Shown: one piece after another, positions 29,113 through 38,109 of the stretch | Numbering within the stretch: the stretch's first letter is position 1 | Layout of the letters: every line of letters begins with the position of its first letter | Source of the DNA: an uncultured virus (IMG/VR IMGVR_UViG_3300025648_000526) | Taxonomy: Duplodnaviria > Heunggongvirae > Uroviricota > Caudoviricetes | IMG/VR virus record: IMGVR_UViG_3300025648_000526 | Span: 1-64,000 of that record | DNA: 64,000 nt | Reading direction: 5' to 3' (one strand) | Program-made: the position numbers and the translations under genes | The notes under the pieces: generated by a model | Databases searched by the model: none | The model's input: only the letters and a program-made list of their open reading frames with translations | What the model was told of the DNA's origin: nothing

Positions 29113-29299
29113 CTGCTAAAGCTTGTTGATTTTTTACATCTACGATTTCTTTAACAAGAAATGAATACTCTTCGTCAGATAAATCACCTGCTTGATGTTG
29201 CTCGGTAATTTTTACCAACTCAGCAGATAATTTACCAAGAACACCTGGATGTCCTGATTTTTCTCTTAATTCTTCTAATATTTTCATCTTTGTCTCCAT
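29051..29299 (-). CDS. Small hypothetical protein in the curli/cyclase operon
   Basis: ORF overlapping both neighbours in a tightly packed operon. Confidence 0.55.
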   Translation of the reverse strand: METKMKILEELREKSGHPGVLGKLSAELVKITEQHQAGDLSDEEYSFLVKEIVDVKNQQALADDETAYRWLVTATQTLLSLV

Positions 29300-29640
29300 G
29301 ATTCTGAAATAACTTCTACTCTAGATTGTGCAATTGTTAATGCTGATTGGCAAAATAACATACTCTTTGAATCTTTTGCTTTTGTCAGTTCTTCTTTTAA
29401 CTTATCAAAGCTTGGTGATTGTGGGTCATTTCTAAGCGCTGAATAAACTTTGATATGTTGTATTTTTGAAGAGAGGTCTGGCCAAGTTGATTTATTGGCA
29501 CAATCTAAATTGTCTACTACGATTTTAATATCTACCAATTGGTCAAACATAACAGGGTCATGTTTAAGTGGCATTATTGATGTAATAGTTGAACAAGCGG
29601 TTAATGTAAGTAATGCAATAAGTGATATAATTTTTTTCAT
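29284..29640 (-). CDS. Putative lipoprotein
   Basis: MKKIISLIALLTLTAC lipobox. Confidence 0.7.
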   Translation of the reverse strand: MKKIISLIALLTLTACSTITSIMPLKHDPVMFDQLVDIKIVVDNLDCANKSTWPDLSSKIQHIKVYSALRNDPQSPSFDKLKEELTKAKDSKSMLFCQSALTIAQSRVEVISESWRQR

Positions 29641-29647
29641 GATTTAT

Positions 29648-30712
29648 TTAGTTGCTCTGTTGTTTAATAGTTATACTATTGGTTGTTTGGTCTTGATTTT
29701 TCAAATTTACTGTAACACCATTTTGTATGATATTTATATTATATCCTTTGTCTTTATCTATTAATACTGTAGCACTATCTTTAACCGTTCTTTGTATCAT
29801 CCAATAAGTATTTTTATCAAAAATATACACTTGATTTAAAGAGTTATAACCTACCACAAAAGTTGCTAATATCATATTATCAAGAGCATTTGTTAAATAA
29901 TTTGTGTCTAACGGATTTACATCTAATTCATTAAACCCAGCATAAGGGTCTTTAAAAACTTTTGCATCTAAAGCGTTTTGTTCTAATCCCGTAAATTCTA
30001 AAGCAGAACCTGATTTATTGATTATTTCAGCTTGTATTCTTTCAATGATTTGTTTTGGTGGTTTAACAATAAGCATATTATCAATAGATGATTCAGATAA
30101 TGCTAACAAAACAGGTTTTAATGGTTTAATTTCGGATGATTTTGTTACTGTAGCTTGAAACGCTTGGTTTAAAACTACTTTACCCATGGCTGTGCTAACT
30201 TCAATTGAACCAACTGAACCATCTGGATTTGGTAACAGAATAATAAGAGATTGTCCTATCTCATCTACAGTCATTGTGAATGCTGTACCACGAACAGCAA
30301 CTGAAGCGGTCGGAGTATTGATTGCTACATTTTTATTATTTTCGTGTGCGATATTACCAGATGCATAACGAACAGTTCCCATTGTTACATTGAGAGCTAA
30401 TTTACCTGCACCTTTTTTATTGGGGTCATAGACAAATTCGTCTATAAGAAGTTTTGAATGTTCTGTGACTTTTACTTGAGTTTTATCTTCAAATGTAATG
30501 CCTACTATTCCATTGCCTGTTTGAACAATATCATTACTATCTATATTTGATTTAGGTTTAGCCTCTATTACATCTTTATTTCTAGTAATAGAGGCTGGAC
30601 CTTTTTGTTCAGTTATAGAACCAATTACCGCCCAACTAGTGTTGGATAACAGAAACAGAAGCGTTGTTACCAGTAAGATTAACAATCGCACTATTTGGGT
30701 TGGTCGTACCAT
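29648..30712 (-). CDS. FecR-domain periplasmic protein
   Basis: Signal peptide; D.VQTG.G..GITFED.T.V.V.EHS.L and INTPTASVAVRGT.F motifs. Confidence 0.88.
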   Translation of the reverse strand: MVRPTQIVRLLILLVTTLLFLLSNTSWAVIGSITEQKGPASITRNKDVIEAKPKSNIDSNDIVQTGNGIVGITFEDKTQVKVTEHSKLLIDEFVYDPNKKGAGKLALNVTMGTVRYASGNIAHENNKNVAINTPTASVAVRGTAFTMTVDEIGQSLIILLPNPDGSVGSIEVSTAMGKVVLNQAFQATVTKSSEIKPLKPVLLALSESSIDNMLIVKPPKQIIERIQAEIINKSGSALEFTGLEQNALDAKVFKDPYAGFNELDVNPLDTNYLTNALDNMILATFVVGYNSLNQVYIFDKNTYWMIQRTVKDSATVLIDKDKGYNINIIQNGVTVNLKNQDQTTNSITIKQQSN

Positions 30713-31343
30713 CTTGAGTCACACTTATATTATTTGAATTACCAATATTGTTGATACTAATACTATTACCTTTGCCTGCACCTGTACCATTAGCACCTGT
30801 TTGACTTGTGTTAATAGAGTTACTATTGCCTGCAATCGATATAGTATCTGTAACATTTTTACTGTTTATTTTACTTGTGATAGAGTTATTATTTCCTACA
30901 GCAGTAATACTATAGTTATAACTTCCTGAATCTCTCAATGTACCAATATCTAATATAGAATTATTATTGCTACCTGAAAATGATAAATTTAAATTACCAT
31001 TGTCGGTACCAAAGTTTCCATAATTCAATACAACACCGTTACTATTACCATCTTGAGATATTACTCCTGTAGAACCACCACCAACAAAATTACCTGTGAT
31101 AGAGTTGTTCATACCGTTTTGTGTGATACCTAAATTAATACTGTTACCATCAATCACAAATGATGGACTACCAACATTAGTAGGATCTCCTACCGTGTTG
31201 TTAGAACCTGTTTGTGTAATTGATACTGTAGAATTATCAGCGTTAGTTTGGTCAATATAAACACTATTACCTCCACTATCGACTGCCAAAGCACTAAATG
31301 CTAATAACAAACCCATCACAAAAGTGATAAGCTTACTTTTCAT
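30636..31343 (-). CDS. Secreted curlin-repeat (CsgA/CsgB-like) protein
   Basis: Signal peptide; repeated I.Q.G.NN/SN units (SITQTGSNN, GITQNGMNN, VISQDGNSN, SVTQDG); AAGGAG RBS; directly downstream of csgG. Confidence 0.72.
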   Translation of the reverse strand: MKSKLITFVMGLLLAFSALAVDSGGNSVYIDQTNADNSTVSITQTGSNNTVGDPTNVGSPSFVIDGNSINLGITQNGMNNSITGNFVGGGSTGVISQDGNSNGVVLNYGNFGTDNGNLNLSFSGSNNNSILDIGTLRDSGSYNYSITAVGNNNSITSKINSKNVTDTISIAGNSNSINTSQTGANGTGAGKGNSISINNIGNSNNISVTQDGTTNPNSAIVNLTGNNASVSVIQH

Positions 31344-32115
31344 TCTTTTTCTCCTTAAATTGCCACATACCTTTTTTTTCACCTTGAATAATCAATTGCT
31401 CTACCGCCAGGTCTGTAGCTGCTTTTATGGCGTGTATAGAAGCCTCTGTTTGAGATATTCCTATCTCTTGTTCAAAATTTTGTGTTCCATTATCAAAAAA
31501 CTTAAATATAGCTACACCTGCTGTATAACTCAATATGGTTTTTTGAGCGTTTACTGTTAATAGCACTTCACCTGTTTGTGTGCTAATTGCTCTAATACTT
31601 ACAGTCACCACATCTTCTTGATATTGTGTGTCTGGTCCAATTCCTAACCAACGAACACCAATACCACCTGTTCTTATATTTGTATCATAACTTATAATTC
31701 CGCCTTCAATAATCATACCTGCATACAACATAGGTCTGATTCCAGAAGGATCTCTTGCTTCATCTCTTGCTGAACGAATTAGTTGTCTTTCTTTTAATAA
31801 GTTGTCTATACCAACTCGTTCTACTATTCTAAACCATTTTCCATCACCAGCATCTTCTAATGATTTTAATAATACTGTTTCACCGCCTTGTGTTACAGCT
31901 GATGATAATTTAGCAATTGTAGCAGAATCTTTTCTTTGACCAGTTTTATCAGCAAAACTATAAACAGCTACAACTACTTTACCTTTAGCAGGTTCAGGTA
32001 ATGGAGCTCTAGCCCATTTCATTGGCATAATTTCTGGTTCTTTTTTAATAACATTCATTGGCGGTGTGCAGCCAATTATTGTTATACACATAAGTGCTAT
32101 TAATATTTTTTTCAT
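31333..32115 (-). CDS. csgG: Curli secretion pore lipoprotein CsgG
   Basis: Lipobox IIGC; VAVYSFADKTGQRK, SSAVTQG, WFRIVER.GIDNLLKERQLIR and EGGIISYD motifs. Confidence 0.93.
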   Translation of the reverse strand: MKKILIALMCITIIGCTPPMNVIKKEPEIMPMKWARAPLPEPAKGKVVVAVYSFADKTGQRKDSATIAKLSSAVTQGGETVLLKSLEDAGDGKWFRIVERVGIDNLLKERQLIRSARDEARDPSGIRPMLYAGMIIEGGIISYDTNIRTGGIGVRWLGIGPDTQYQEDVVTVSIRAISTQTGEVLLTVNAQKTILSYTAGVAIFKFFDNGTQNFEQEIGISQTEASIHAIKAATDLAVEQLIIQGEKKGMWQFKEKKNEK

Positions 32116-32116
32116 A

Positions 32117-32557
32117 TTAGAAACTTAAAGTTCCAATAGGAATACTAACTTGTGTTACATTACCATTTTGATCCTTAACAGTCATGTTAATCATGTCAGC
32201 TGTTTTAGTGTATGTAATAGTATTGCCTTCAATGGTAACAGTTCCACTATTTTGTGGATTTTCACCAAACAGATTATTAATTAATTGTGTAGATAGTTGA
32301 GCATAGACTCTGCTCTCAAAGTTAGTCAAGAACTTGGCTAATATAGTATTACCTGCAGCTGTAGCAGCATCAATTGCAGCTTGTTTTTTGGCCGCATAAA
32401 TTGCTTGTTTACGAGTGTATTCAGTATTCTCTATTGTTTGAACGTGAGAAGAGTATCCTATACCTGAAAAAGAAGGAGATTTAAATTGAAACGTCTGTTC
32501 TGCATATGCGCTACTTGACAGTATCGTCAGTATGAGAATTCTTATTGTTTTCTTCAT
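32117..32557 (-). CDS. csgF: Curli assembly protein CsgF-like
   Basis: Signal peptide, then FQFKSPSFSG; F..NFESRVYAQLS; C-terminal T.VSIP; adjacent to csgG. Confidence 0.82.
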   Translation of the reverse strand: MKKTIRILILTILSSSAYAEQTFQFKSPSFSGIGYSSHVQTIENTEYTRKQAIYAAKKQAAIDAATAAGNTILAKFLTNFESRVYAQLSTQLINNLFGENPQNSGTVTIEGNTITYTKTADMINMTVKDQNGNVTQVSIPIGTLSF

Positions 32558-32792
32558 CTTTAATTTCTCGCATCATTAATACTACATTAAGTTTTTGATT
32601 TAATCTAATCAAATCATTATCTAGCATTCTAATACGGTCAATCAAAGCAATCACTATCTTTTCAGTTTCATTTAATACTGGTTCTGTTTCTTCTGTTGCC
32701 CACTTCCAAACATAAAAAATAAGATAACCCATACCGCAAGCAGCGATAATAGGAAATCCATATTTACTAATTAAATCTGCTAATTCTTCCAT
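32511..32792 (-). CDS. Small single-TM plus coiled-coil protein (paralog B)
   Basis: LISKYGFPIIAACGMGY...IALIDRIRMLDNDLIR. Confidence 0.7.
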   Translation of the reverse strand: MEELADLISKYGFPIIAACGMGYLIFYVWKWATEETEPVLNETEKIVIALIDRIRMLDNDLIRLNQKLNVVLMMREIKDEENNKNSHTDDTVK

Positions 32793-33577
32793 TAAATTTT
32801 ATCCTGTGGATGCTCAACACCTTGAGACCAATCATATAGATTTAAAACATAATGACCTATAGCATGGTTATCAAGTAAACTGAATTTTTTATTTTTAACA
32901 CCTCTGATAAAGCCACGCCATACATCTTTAGTCAATTGCCATCCACTAAAACTTCTCAAATTGCCCCAATGGTTCATGTAATACATTCCACCAAAATGTT
33001 TATAAGGCCAAACAGGAACACGAGGAACCATATCTGTATTGTTTACAAATCTAAAATGTAATACACCTGTGTTTGTAATGCCTTCAATATACTCATGTGT
33101 TCCAACTCTTGGACTTCCATAAGTAAATAATGCTTGAGCACTTGGTAAATTTTCATCTCTTTGTAGTTTATAAGCTACAATAGTTGCCATCGCTGCACCT
33201 AAACTATGACCGGTACACCAGATGGTTCTTTTCTTACCTAATTCTTTTAACATTGGTTCTAATGTTGGCCAAATATTATCTACACTATGTTTAAAACCAT
33301 AATGAACTAAACCTTTGCCTGTTGAACTTGGAACAGGATTAGCTTCTAAATCTGCCGCTAAATCTCTCCAATCAGTTGGTTGTGTGCCTCGGCAAACAAC
33401 GATTGCATCTTCATCATTAGTCAATAAATAAGCTTGACTTCCATTGCAATCAAAGAACTCACTTCTAAAACCTAACTCATCAAATTTGGGTTTTGAATCG
33501 AATGGATCCGAATATGCTAAATTGCTTAATACAGCAAATAAATGAGCTTGTTTTGGAAAAGGCATTACTTTAATCAT
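32792..33577 (-). CDS. Class 3 lipase
   Basis: VVCRGT, VHYGF, TGHSLGAAMA (GxSxG), YGSPRVG and D.VPRVP motifs; AGAAAGGA RBS supports start at 33577. Confidence 0.92.
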   Translation of the reverse strand: MIKVMPFPKQAHLFAVLSNLAYSDPFDSKPKFDELGFRSEFFDCNGSQAYLLTNDEDAIVVCRGTQPTDWRDLAADLEANPVPSSTGKGLVHYGFKHSVDNIWPTLEPMLKELGKKRTIWCTGHSLGAAMATIVAYKLQRDENLPSAQALFTYGSPRVGTHEYIEGITNTGVLHFRFVNNTDMVPRVPVWPYKHFGGMYYMNHWGNLRSFSGWQLTKDVWRGFIRGVKNKKFSLLDNHAIGHYVLNLYDWSQGVEHPQDKI

Positions 33578-33578
33578 T

Positions 33579-33857
33579 TTAATCCTTTCTAGCGTCGTTT
33601 TTGCCATCTGCTCTAGCAATACGATCCAAATCAGGACGAACTTTTAAAGCGTTAGACATTAAAGTATCAATTCTAATAATATCATGATTCATGGTTTTAA
33701 CTCTATTGTCCAAAGCTATAATTATACCATTTAAGCCCTTGACTCTTGAGAGAACTCCTGCGAGGATAAACTTTACAGTTAAAAAGATGAAATAACCACC
33801 AGCACAAGCAGCGGCTATTGGAAAACCCAAATCGGCAATTAACTTAAATATATCCAT
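33579..33857 (-). CDS. Small single-TM plus coiled-coil protein (paralog A)
   Basis: LIADLGFPIAAACAGGY...IALDNRVKTMNHDIIR. Confidence 0.7.
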   Translation of the reverse strand: MDIFKLIADLGFPIAAACAGGYFIFLTVKFILAGVLSRVKGLNGIIIALDNRVKTMNHDIIRIDTLMSNALKVRPDLDRIARADGKNDARKD

Positions 33858-33863
33858 ATTAAC

Positions 33864-33892
33864 TTGACATTCATGAATGATTATTGTATAAT
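33864..33892 (+). promoter_or_regulatory. Consensus sigma70 promoter for the DNA polymerase operon
   Basis: TTGACA-17 nt-TATAAT. Confidence 0.8.
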
Positions 33893-33902
33893 CCTTGATA
33901 AG

Positions 33903-33910
33903 TATTTATA
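33903..33910 (-). promoter_or_regulatory. T4-type late promoter for the reverse-strand curli/cyclase operon
   Basis: tatttata on + strand = TATAAATA on - strand, 46 nt upstream of the first ATG. Confidence 0.72.
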
Positions 33911-33926
33911 TAACTAGGAGAGTCAA

Positions 33927-34238
33927 ATGGAAGTAATTGCATTCAAATTAATCACAGGTGAAGACGTTTTAGGCGAAGTAGAAAGTCAGTCTGAAACAGA
34001 ATTCGTTGTTTTAAATCCAGTAGGTATTTCAATTGTTCGAGGACAAGATGGTAAACCAAACGTAGGTTTTTCGCCTTTTCCACTCCATGCAGAACAAAAG
34101 AAAGATGCCACAGTCATTTTAAGTAAAAGAAACGTAGTATATAACTATGTTCCAGCAGAAGACTTTATCACAAACTATAAACAAATATTTGGGGCAGGTT
34201 TAGTTGTTCCACCACAAAAGAAAATCATCACAGGATAA
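33927..34238 (+). CDS. Conserved hypothetical protein upstream of gp43 (possible Sm-like fold)
   Basis: FKLITGEDVLG...NP...Y.QIFG.GLVVP pattern; GGAG RBS. Confidence 0.65.
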   Translation: MEVIAFKLITGEDVLGEVESQSETEFVVLNPVGISIVRGQDGKPNVGFSPFPLHAEQKKDATVILSKRNVVYNYVPAEDFITNYKQIFGAGLVVPPQKKIITG

Positions 34239-36769
34239 TGAGTAACTTTTACACTAATGTTCAAAGTTTTGGCAATAACATTCTCTATCGAGGTGTTATG
34301 GATGGCAAAAGAGTAAAACAGAGAATTGAATATTCTCCATCTCTTTTTGTTCCATCCAAACGTATAACAAACTTCACAACACTTGAAGGTGATTACCTCG
34401 ACCAAAAAGTATTTGGTACCATGAAAGACGCTAGAGATTATATCAAACAATTCGATGGTGTGTCAAATGGTCCTAAAATATATGGTAATACAAAATATGA
34501 GTATGCGTTTATTGCCGACCAACACAAAGGTATGGTTGAATGGGACCAAGATAAGATATCAATTGCAGTAATCGATATTGAAGTTGGTTCTGAAAATGGT
34601 TTCCCAGACCCATACGAAGCAAATGAACCTATTATTGCTATTGCTGTTAAGTATCTCAATGGCGAAATGTATGTCTTTGGTCTTGGTGCATATGAAACTC
34701 AAGGTAAAGAAATCTATGTTAAATGCCGTGATGAATATACATTGTGTAAAAGATTTATGGAACTATGGACAAGAAAATGTCCAGATATCGTAACTGGATG
34801 GAATACAAAATTCTTTGATATACCATACATCATCAATCGATTTAGAAGAATACTTGGTGAAGATGAGGCAAAGAAACTTTCTCCATGGAATTATATTGGT
34901 GAAAGAAAAACTGTTGTGAACAATCGTCAGATGATTGCCTATGATATTCTTGGTGTTTCTTCTTTAGACTACATTGAACTATACAGATGGTATGCTCCTG
35001 GTGGCAAGTCACAAGAATCCTATAAACTTAATTCTATTGCATCAGTTGAACTTGGTGAAGAAAAGATATCATATGATGAATATGATTCTCTACATGATTT
35101 ATACAAAATGAACCATCAAAAGTTTATTGAATATAATATCAAAGACGTAGAACTTATTGTTTCATTGGAAGACAAATTAAAACTCATTGAACTTGGTTTA
35201 ACTTTGGCATATGATACAAAATCAAACTATGATGATATCTTTGCACAAACTAGAATGTGGGATTCATTAACATATTCTTATTTGCTTGAAAAGAACATCA
35301 TTGTTCCACCTAAAGTTGTTAAAGATAAAGATTCAGCATTTGAAGGCGCATATGTAAAAGACCCACAAGTAGGCAAGCATGATTATATCGCCAGCTTTGA
35401 CCTAAATTCACTCTACCCCCACCTCATGATGCAATTCAATATCTCACCTGAAACACTTATTGATCCAGAAGATTATACAGATGAGATGAGAGAAGTGTTA
35501 TCTCAAGGTGTTAATGTTGATAAGTTATTATATAAAAAGATTGATACATCAAAACTCCAAAACGCAACACTTACTCCAAATGGTCAATTCTTTAGAACTG
35601 ATATGATGGGTTTCTTACCAAAGATGATGGAAGAAATGTATGAAGATAGAAAGAAATTTAAAAAATTAATGTTAAAGGCGAAACAAGATTATGAAGACGA
35701 AACAGATGACACGAAAAAGTATGAAATTGAAAAACGAATTGCAAGATACGATAATCTTCAACTTGCTAAGAAAGTTTCTCTTAATAGTGCTTACGGTGCT
35801 CTTGGTAGTCAGTATTTTAGATTCTACGATTTACGCATGGCTTTGGGAGTAACAACATCTGGTCAATTAGCAATTCGTTGGATTGAAAACAAACTCAATG
35901 ACTATATGAACAAGTTATTACAAACTGAAACAGATTATGTTATTGCTTCAGATACAGATTCAATTTATCTTAAACTTGGTCCTATCGTTGATAAATTCTG
36001 TAAAGATAAGTCGATTGAACAAACTATTCAATTCATGGATAAAATCTGTGAAGATAAGATTCAGCCATACATTGATAAGTCTTATGGCGAACTAGCAGAT
36101 TATCTCAAGGCATATTCCCAAAAGATGCAAATGAAACGAGAAGCGTTGGCTAACAAAGGTATTTGGACTGCTAAGAAACGATACATTCTCAATGTGTTTA
36201 ATAACGAAGGTGTTGCTTATAAAGAACCAAAGATGAAAGTCATGGGTCTTGAGATGATTAAGTCATCAACACCATCTGCCATTAGAACAAAGATGGCAGA
36301 AGCAATTAAACTTATGATGATTGGCTCTGAAAACGATATACATGAGTTTATTAAAAAGTTTAAAGAAGATTTCAAAAAGTTACCACCAGAAGAGATTTCT
36401 TTTCCTCGTGGCATCAATGGTTTAAATAAATACTCTGATGCTGTGACTTTATATAAATCAGGAACACCGATTCATGTAAAGGGAGCAATCTTATATAATA
36501 ACTTTATTAAACAAAATAAACTAACAAAAAAATACAATCTCATACAAGAAGGCGAAAAGATAAAGTTTGCTTATTTGAAAATGCCTAATCACTTTAAGGA
36601 TACTGTTATATCCTATCCTAGCAGATTACCTAAAGAATTAAATTTACATGATTATATTGATTATGATATGCAATTTGAAAAAGCATTCATAGAGCCAATT
36701 AAAATCATTCTTGATTGTATGGGTTGGACAACAGAAAAGATTAACACTTTGGAGGATTTCTTCTCATGA
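34238..36769 (+). CDS. gp43: Family B DNA polymerase gp43
   Basis: DIEV exonuclease, SFDLNSLYPH, KKVSLNSAYGALG and ASDTDSIY motifs. Confidence 0.98.
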   Translation: MSNFYTNVQSFGNNILYRGVMDGKRVKQRIEYSPSLFVPSKRITNFTTLEGDYLDQKVFGTMKDARDYIKQFDGVSNGPKIYGNTKYEYAFIADQHKGMVEWDQDKISIAVIDIEVGSENGFPDPYEANEPIIAIAVKYLNGEMYVFGLGAYETQGKEIYVKCRDEYTLCKRFMELWTRKCPDIVTGWNTKFFDIPYIINRFRRILGEDEAKKLSPWNYIGERKTVVNNRQMIAYDILGVSSLDYIELYRWYAPGGKSQESYKLNSIASVELGEEKISYDEYDSLHDLYKMNHQKFIEYNIKDVELIVSLEDKLKLIELGLTLAYDTKSNYDDIFAQTRMWDSLTYSYLLEKNIIVPPKVVKDKDSAFEGAYVKDPQVGKHDYIASFDLNSLYPHLMMQFNISPETLIDPEDYTDEMREVLSQGVNVDKLLYKKIDTSKLQNATLTPNGQFFRTDMMGFLPKMMEEMYEDRKKFKKLMLKAKQDYEDETDDTKKYEIEKRIARYDNLQLAKKVSLNSAYGALGSQYFRFYDLRMALGVTTSGQLAIRWIENKLNDYMNKLLQTETDYVIASDTDSIYLKLGPIVDKFCKDKSIEQTIQFMDKICEDKIQPYIDKSYGELADYLKAYSQKMQMKREALANKGIWTAKKRYILNVFNNEGVAYKEPKMKVMGLEMIKSSTPSAIRTKMAEAIKLMMIGSENDIHEFIKKFKEDFKKLPPEEISFPRGINGLNKYSDAVTLYKSGTPIHVKGAILYNNFIKQNKLTKKYNLIQEGEKIKFAYLKMPNHFKDTVISYPSRLPKELNLHDYIDYDMQFEKAFIEPIKIILDCMGWTTEKINTLEDFFS

Positions 36770-37752
36770 TATTTTTCACATTTTTAGCTGCATTCTTATT
36801 ATCAAGTATAGCAGCTTATTATTCAGTCATAGGTTTAGCAAAGATATTCGTTGGTGCTTTTTGGCCAATCGTATTCATGGGTTCAGTTTTAGAATTTGCT
36901 AAATTAGTAACCGCTTCATGGTTATATCGTAATTGGAAAACAGCACCAGTATTATTAAGAACATATTTAACTATTGCTGTTTTAATTCTAATGCTAATCA
37001 CATCAATGGGTATTTTTGGTTTCTTAGCAAAAGCACATATTGATTCTACAATTTCAACTGGTGAAAATACTGTTGAATTAAGAACATTAAACCAACAAGA
37101 AAAGATTACACATGATAGATTAGACTATCTTCTTGCTCGTGCTAAAGACCCATCAACAGCAAGTAATAAACTTGATAGACAAATTCAAGAAACACAAAAA
37201 GAATTATCATCAATCAATAAACAAAGATTGCCATTATTAAGTCAAGAGAATAAACAACTTGCCGATATTGGTCCAATCAAATATGTTTCCGAATTAATTT
37301 ACGGTACAGATGATATAAATGGTGTAGATAAGGCTGTCCGCTTGGTAATCATGATAATAATGGTTGTATTTGACCCCTTAGCTGTGTTATTATTGGTAGC
37401 TGCTAATATGGGAATAGCGGCAAAGAAAGAAGAAGAAAAGCCAGAAGGTTGGAAACAAGTTTGGCAACCGGTAAGTGAAGACCCATGGCATGATGAACCT
37501 AAAGAACAAGTAAAAGAACCGGAAGTAGAGAAACAAAACGATACAATTGAAGTTGAAAAAAAGAATGTAGCAAAAATAGATACACCTGAGCCGTCTATTG
37601 TAATAGATGGTGCTTCAGGTGAAACTATTCCGCCATTATACGAAACAAGAATGGTTCATAATGGCCACGGAAGATTTGAAGAGCAATCAGTTCCAATTCA
37701 AACATATGATGAGAAAGTTGAATTGGCTTTTAAGGAAAAAAAGGAGAAGTAA
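36766..37752 (+). CDS. Membrane protein with coiled coil
   Basis: AAYYSVIGL, LEFAKLV, ITSMGIFGFL and VFDPLAVLLL TM segments. Confidence 0.7.
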   Translation: MIFFTFLAAFLLSSIAAYYSVIGLAKIFVGAFWPIVFMGSVLEFAKLVTASWLYRNWKTAPVLLRTYLTIAVLILMLITSMGIFGFLAKAHIDSTISTGENTVELRTLNQQEKITHDRLDYLLARAKDPSTASNKLDRQIQETQKELSSINKQRLPLLSQENKQLADIGPIKYVSELIYGTDDINGVDKAVRLVIMIIMVVFDPLAVLLLVAANMGIAAKKEEEKPEGWKQVWQPVSEDPWHDEPKEQVKEPEVEKQNDTIEVEKKNVAKIDTPEPSIVIDGASGETIPPLYETRMVHNGHGRFEEQSVPIQTYDEKVELAFKEKKEK

Positions 37753-37753
37753 A

Positions 37754-38086
37754 ATGAAGAAGTTGTTGATTGGTTTATTATTAGTGTCAAGCACAGCAAT
37801 GGCACATGAACACGGTGGTTTCCGTGGTGGTTATGGCGGATATCATGGTGGTTATCATGGAGGTTATCATAATGGCGGTATGGGTTGGGTTGGACCAGCA
37901 TTAATTGGTGGAGTAATTGGTTATGAATTAGCACAACCAAGATATTATGCACCTCCGGTAGTTATAGCACCATCTACACCATCTGTAGCGTGTCCATATC
38001 CATACCAAGCGATATATAATACAGTAATACAATATGATGCTTACGGAAGAAGTTATACAACACAACAATTCGTAGGATGTAGATAA
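37754..38086 (+). CDS. Secreted Gly/Tyr/His-rich small protein
   Basis: Signal peptide, GGYH repeats, Pro-rich segment; AAGGAG RBS. Confidence 0.7.
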   Translation: MKKLLIGLLLVSSTAMAHEHGGFRGGYGGYHGGYHGGYHNGGMGWVGPALIGGVIGYELAQPRYYAPPVVIAPSTPSVACPYPYQAIYNTVIQYDAYGRSYTTQQFVGCR

Positions 38087-38109
38087 TAATTAAATTTGAA
38101 AGGTAGATT

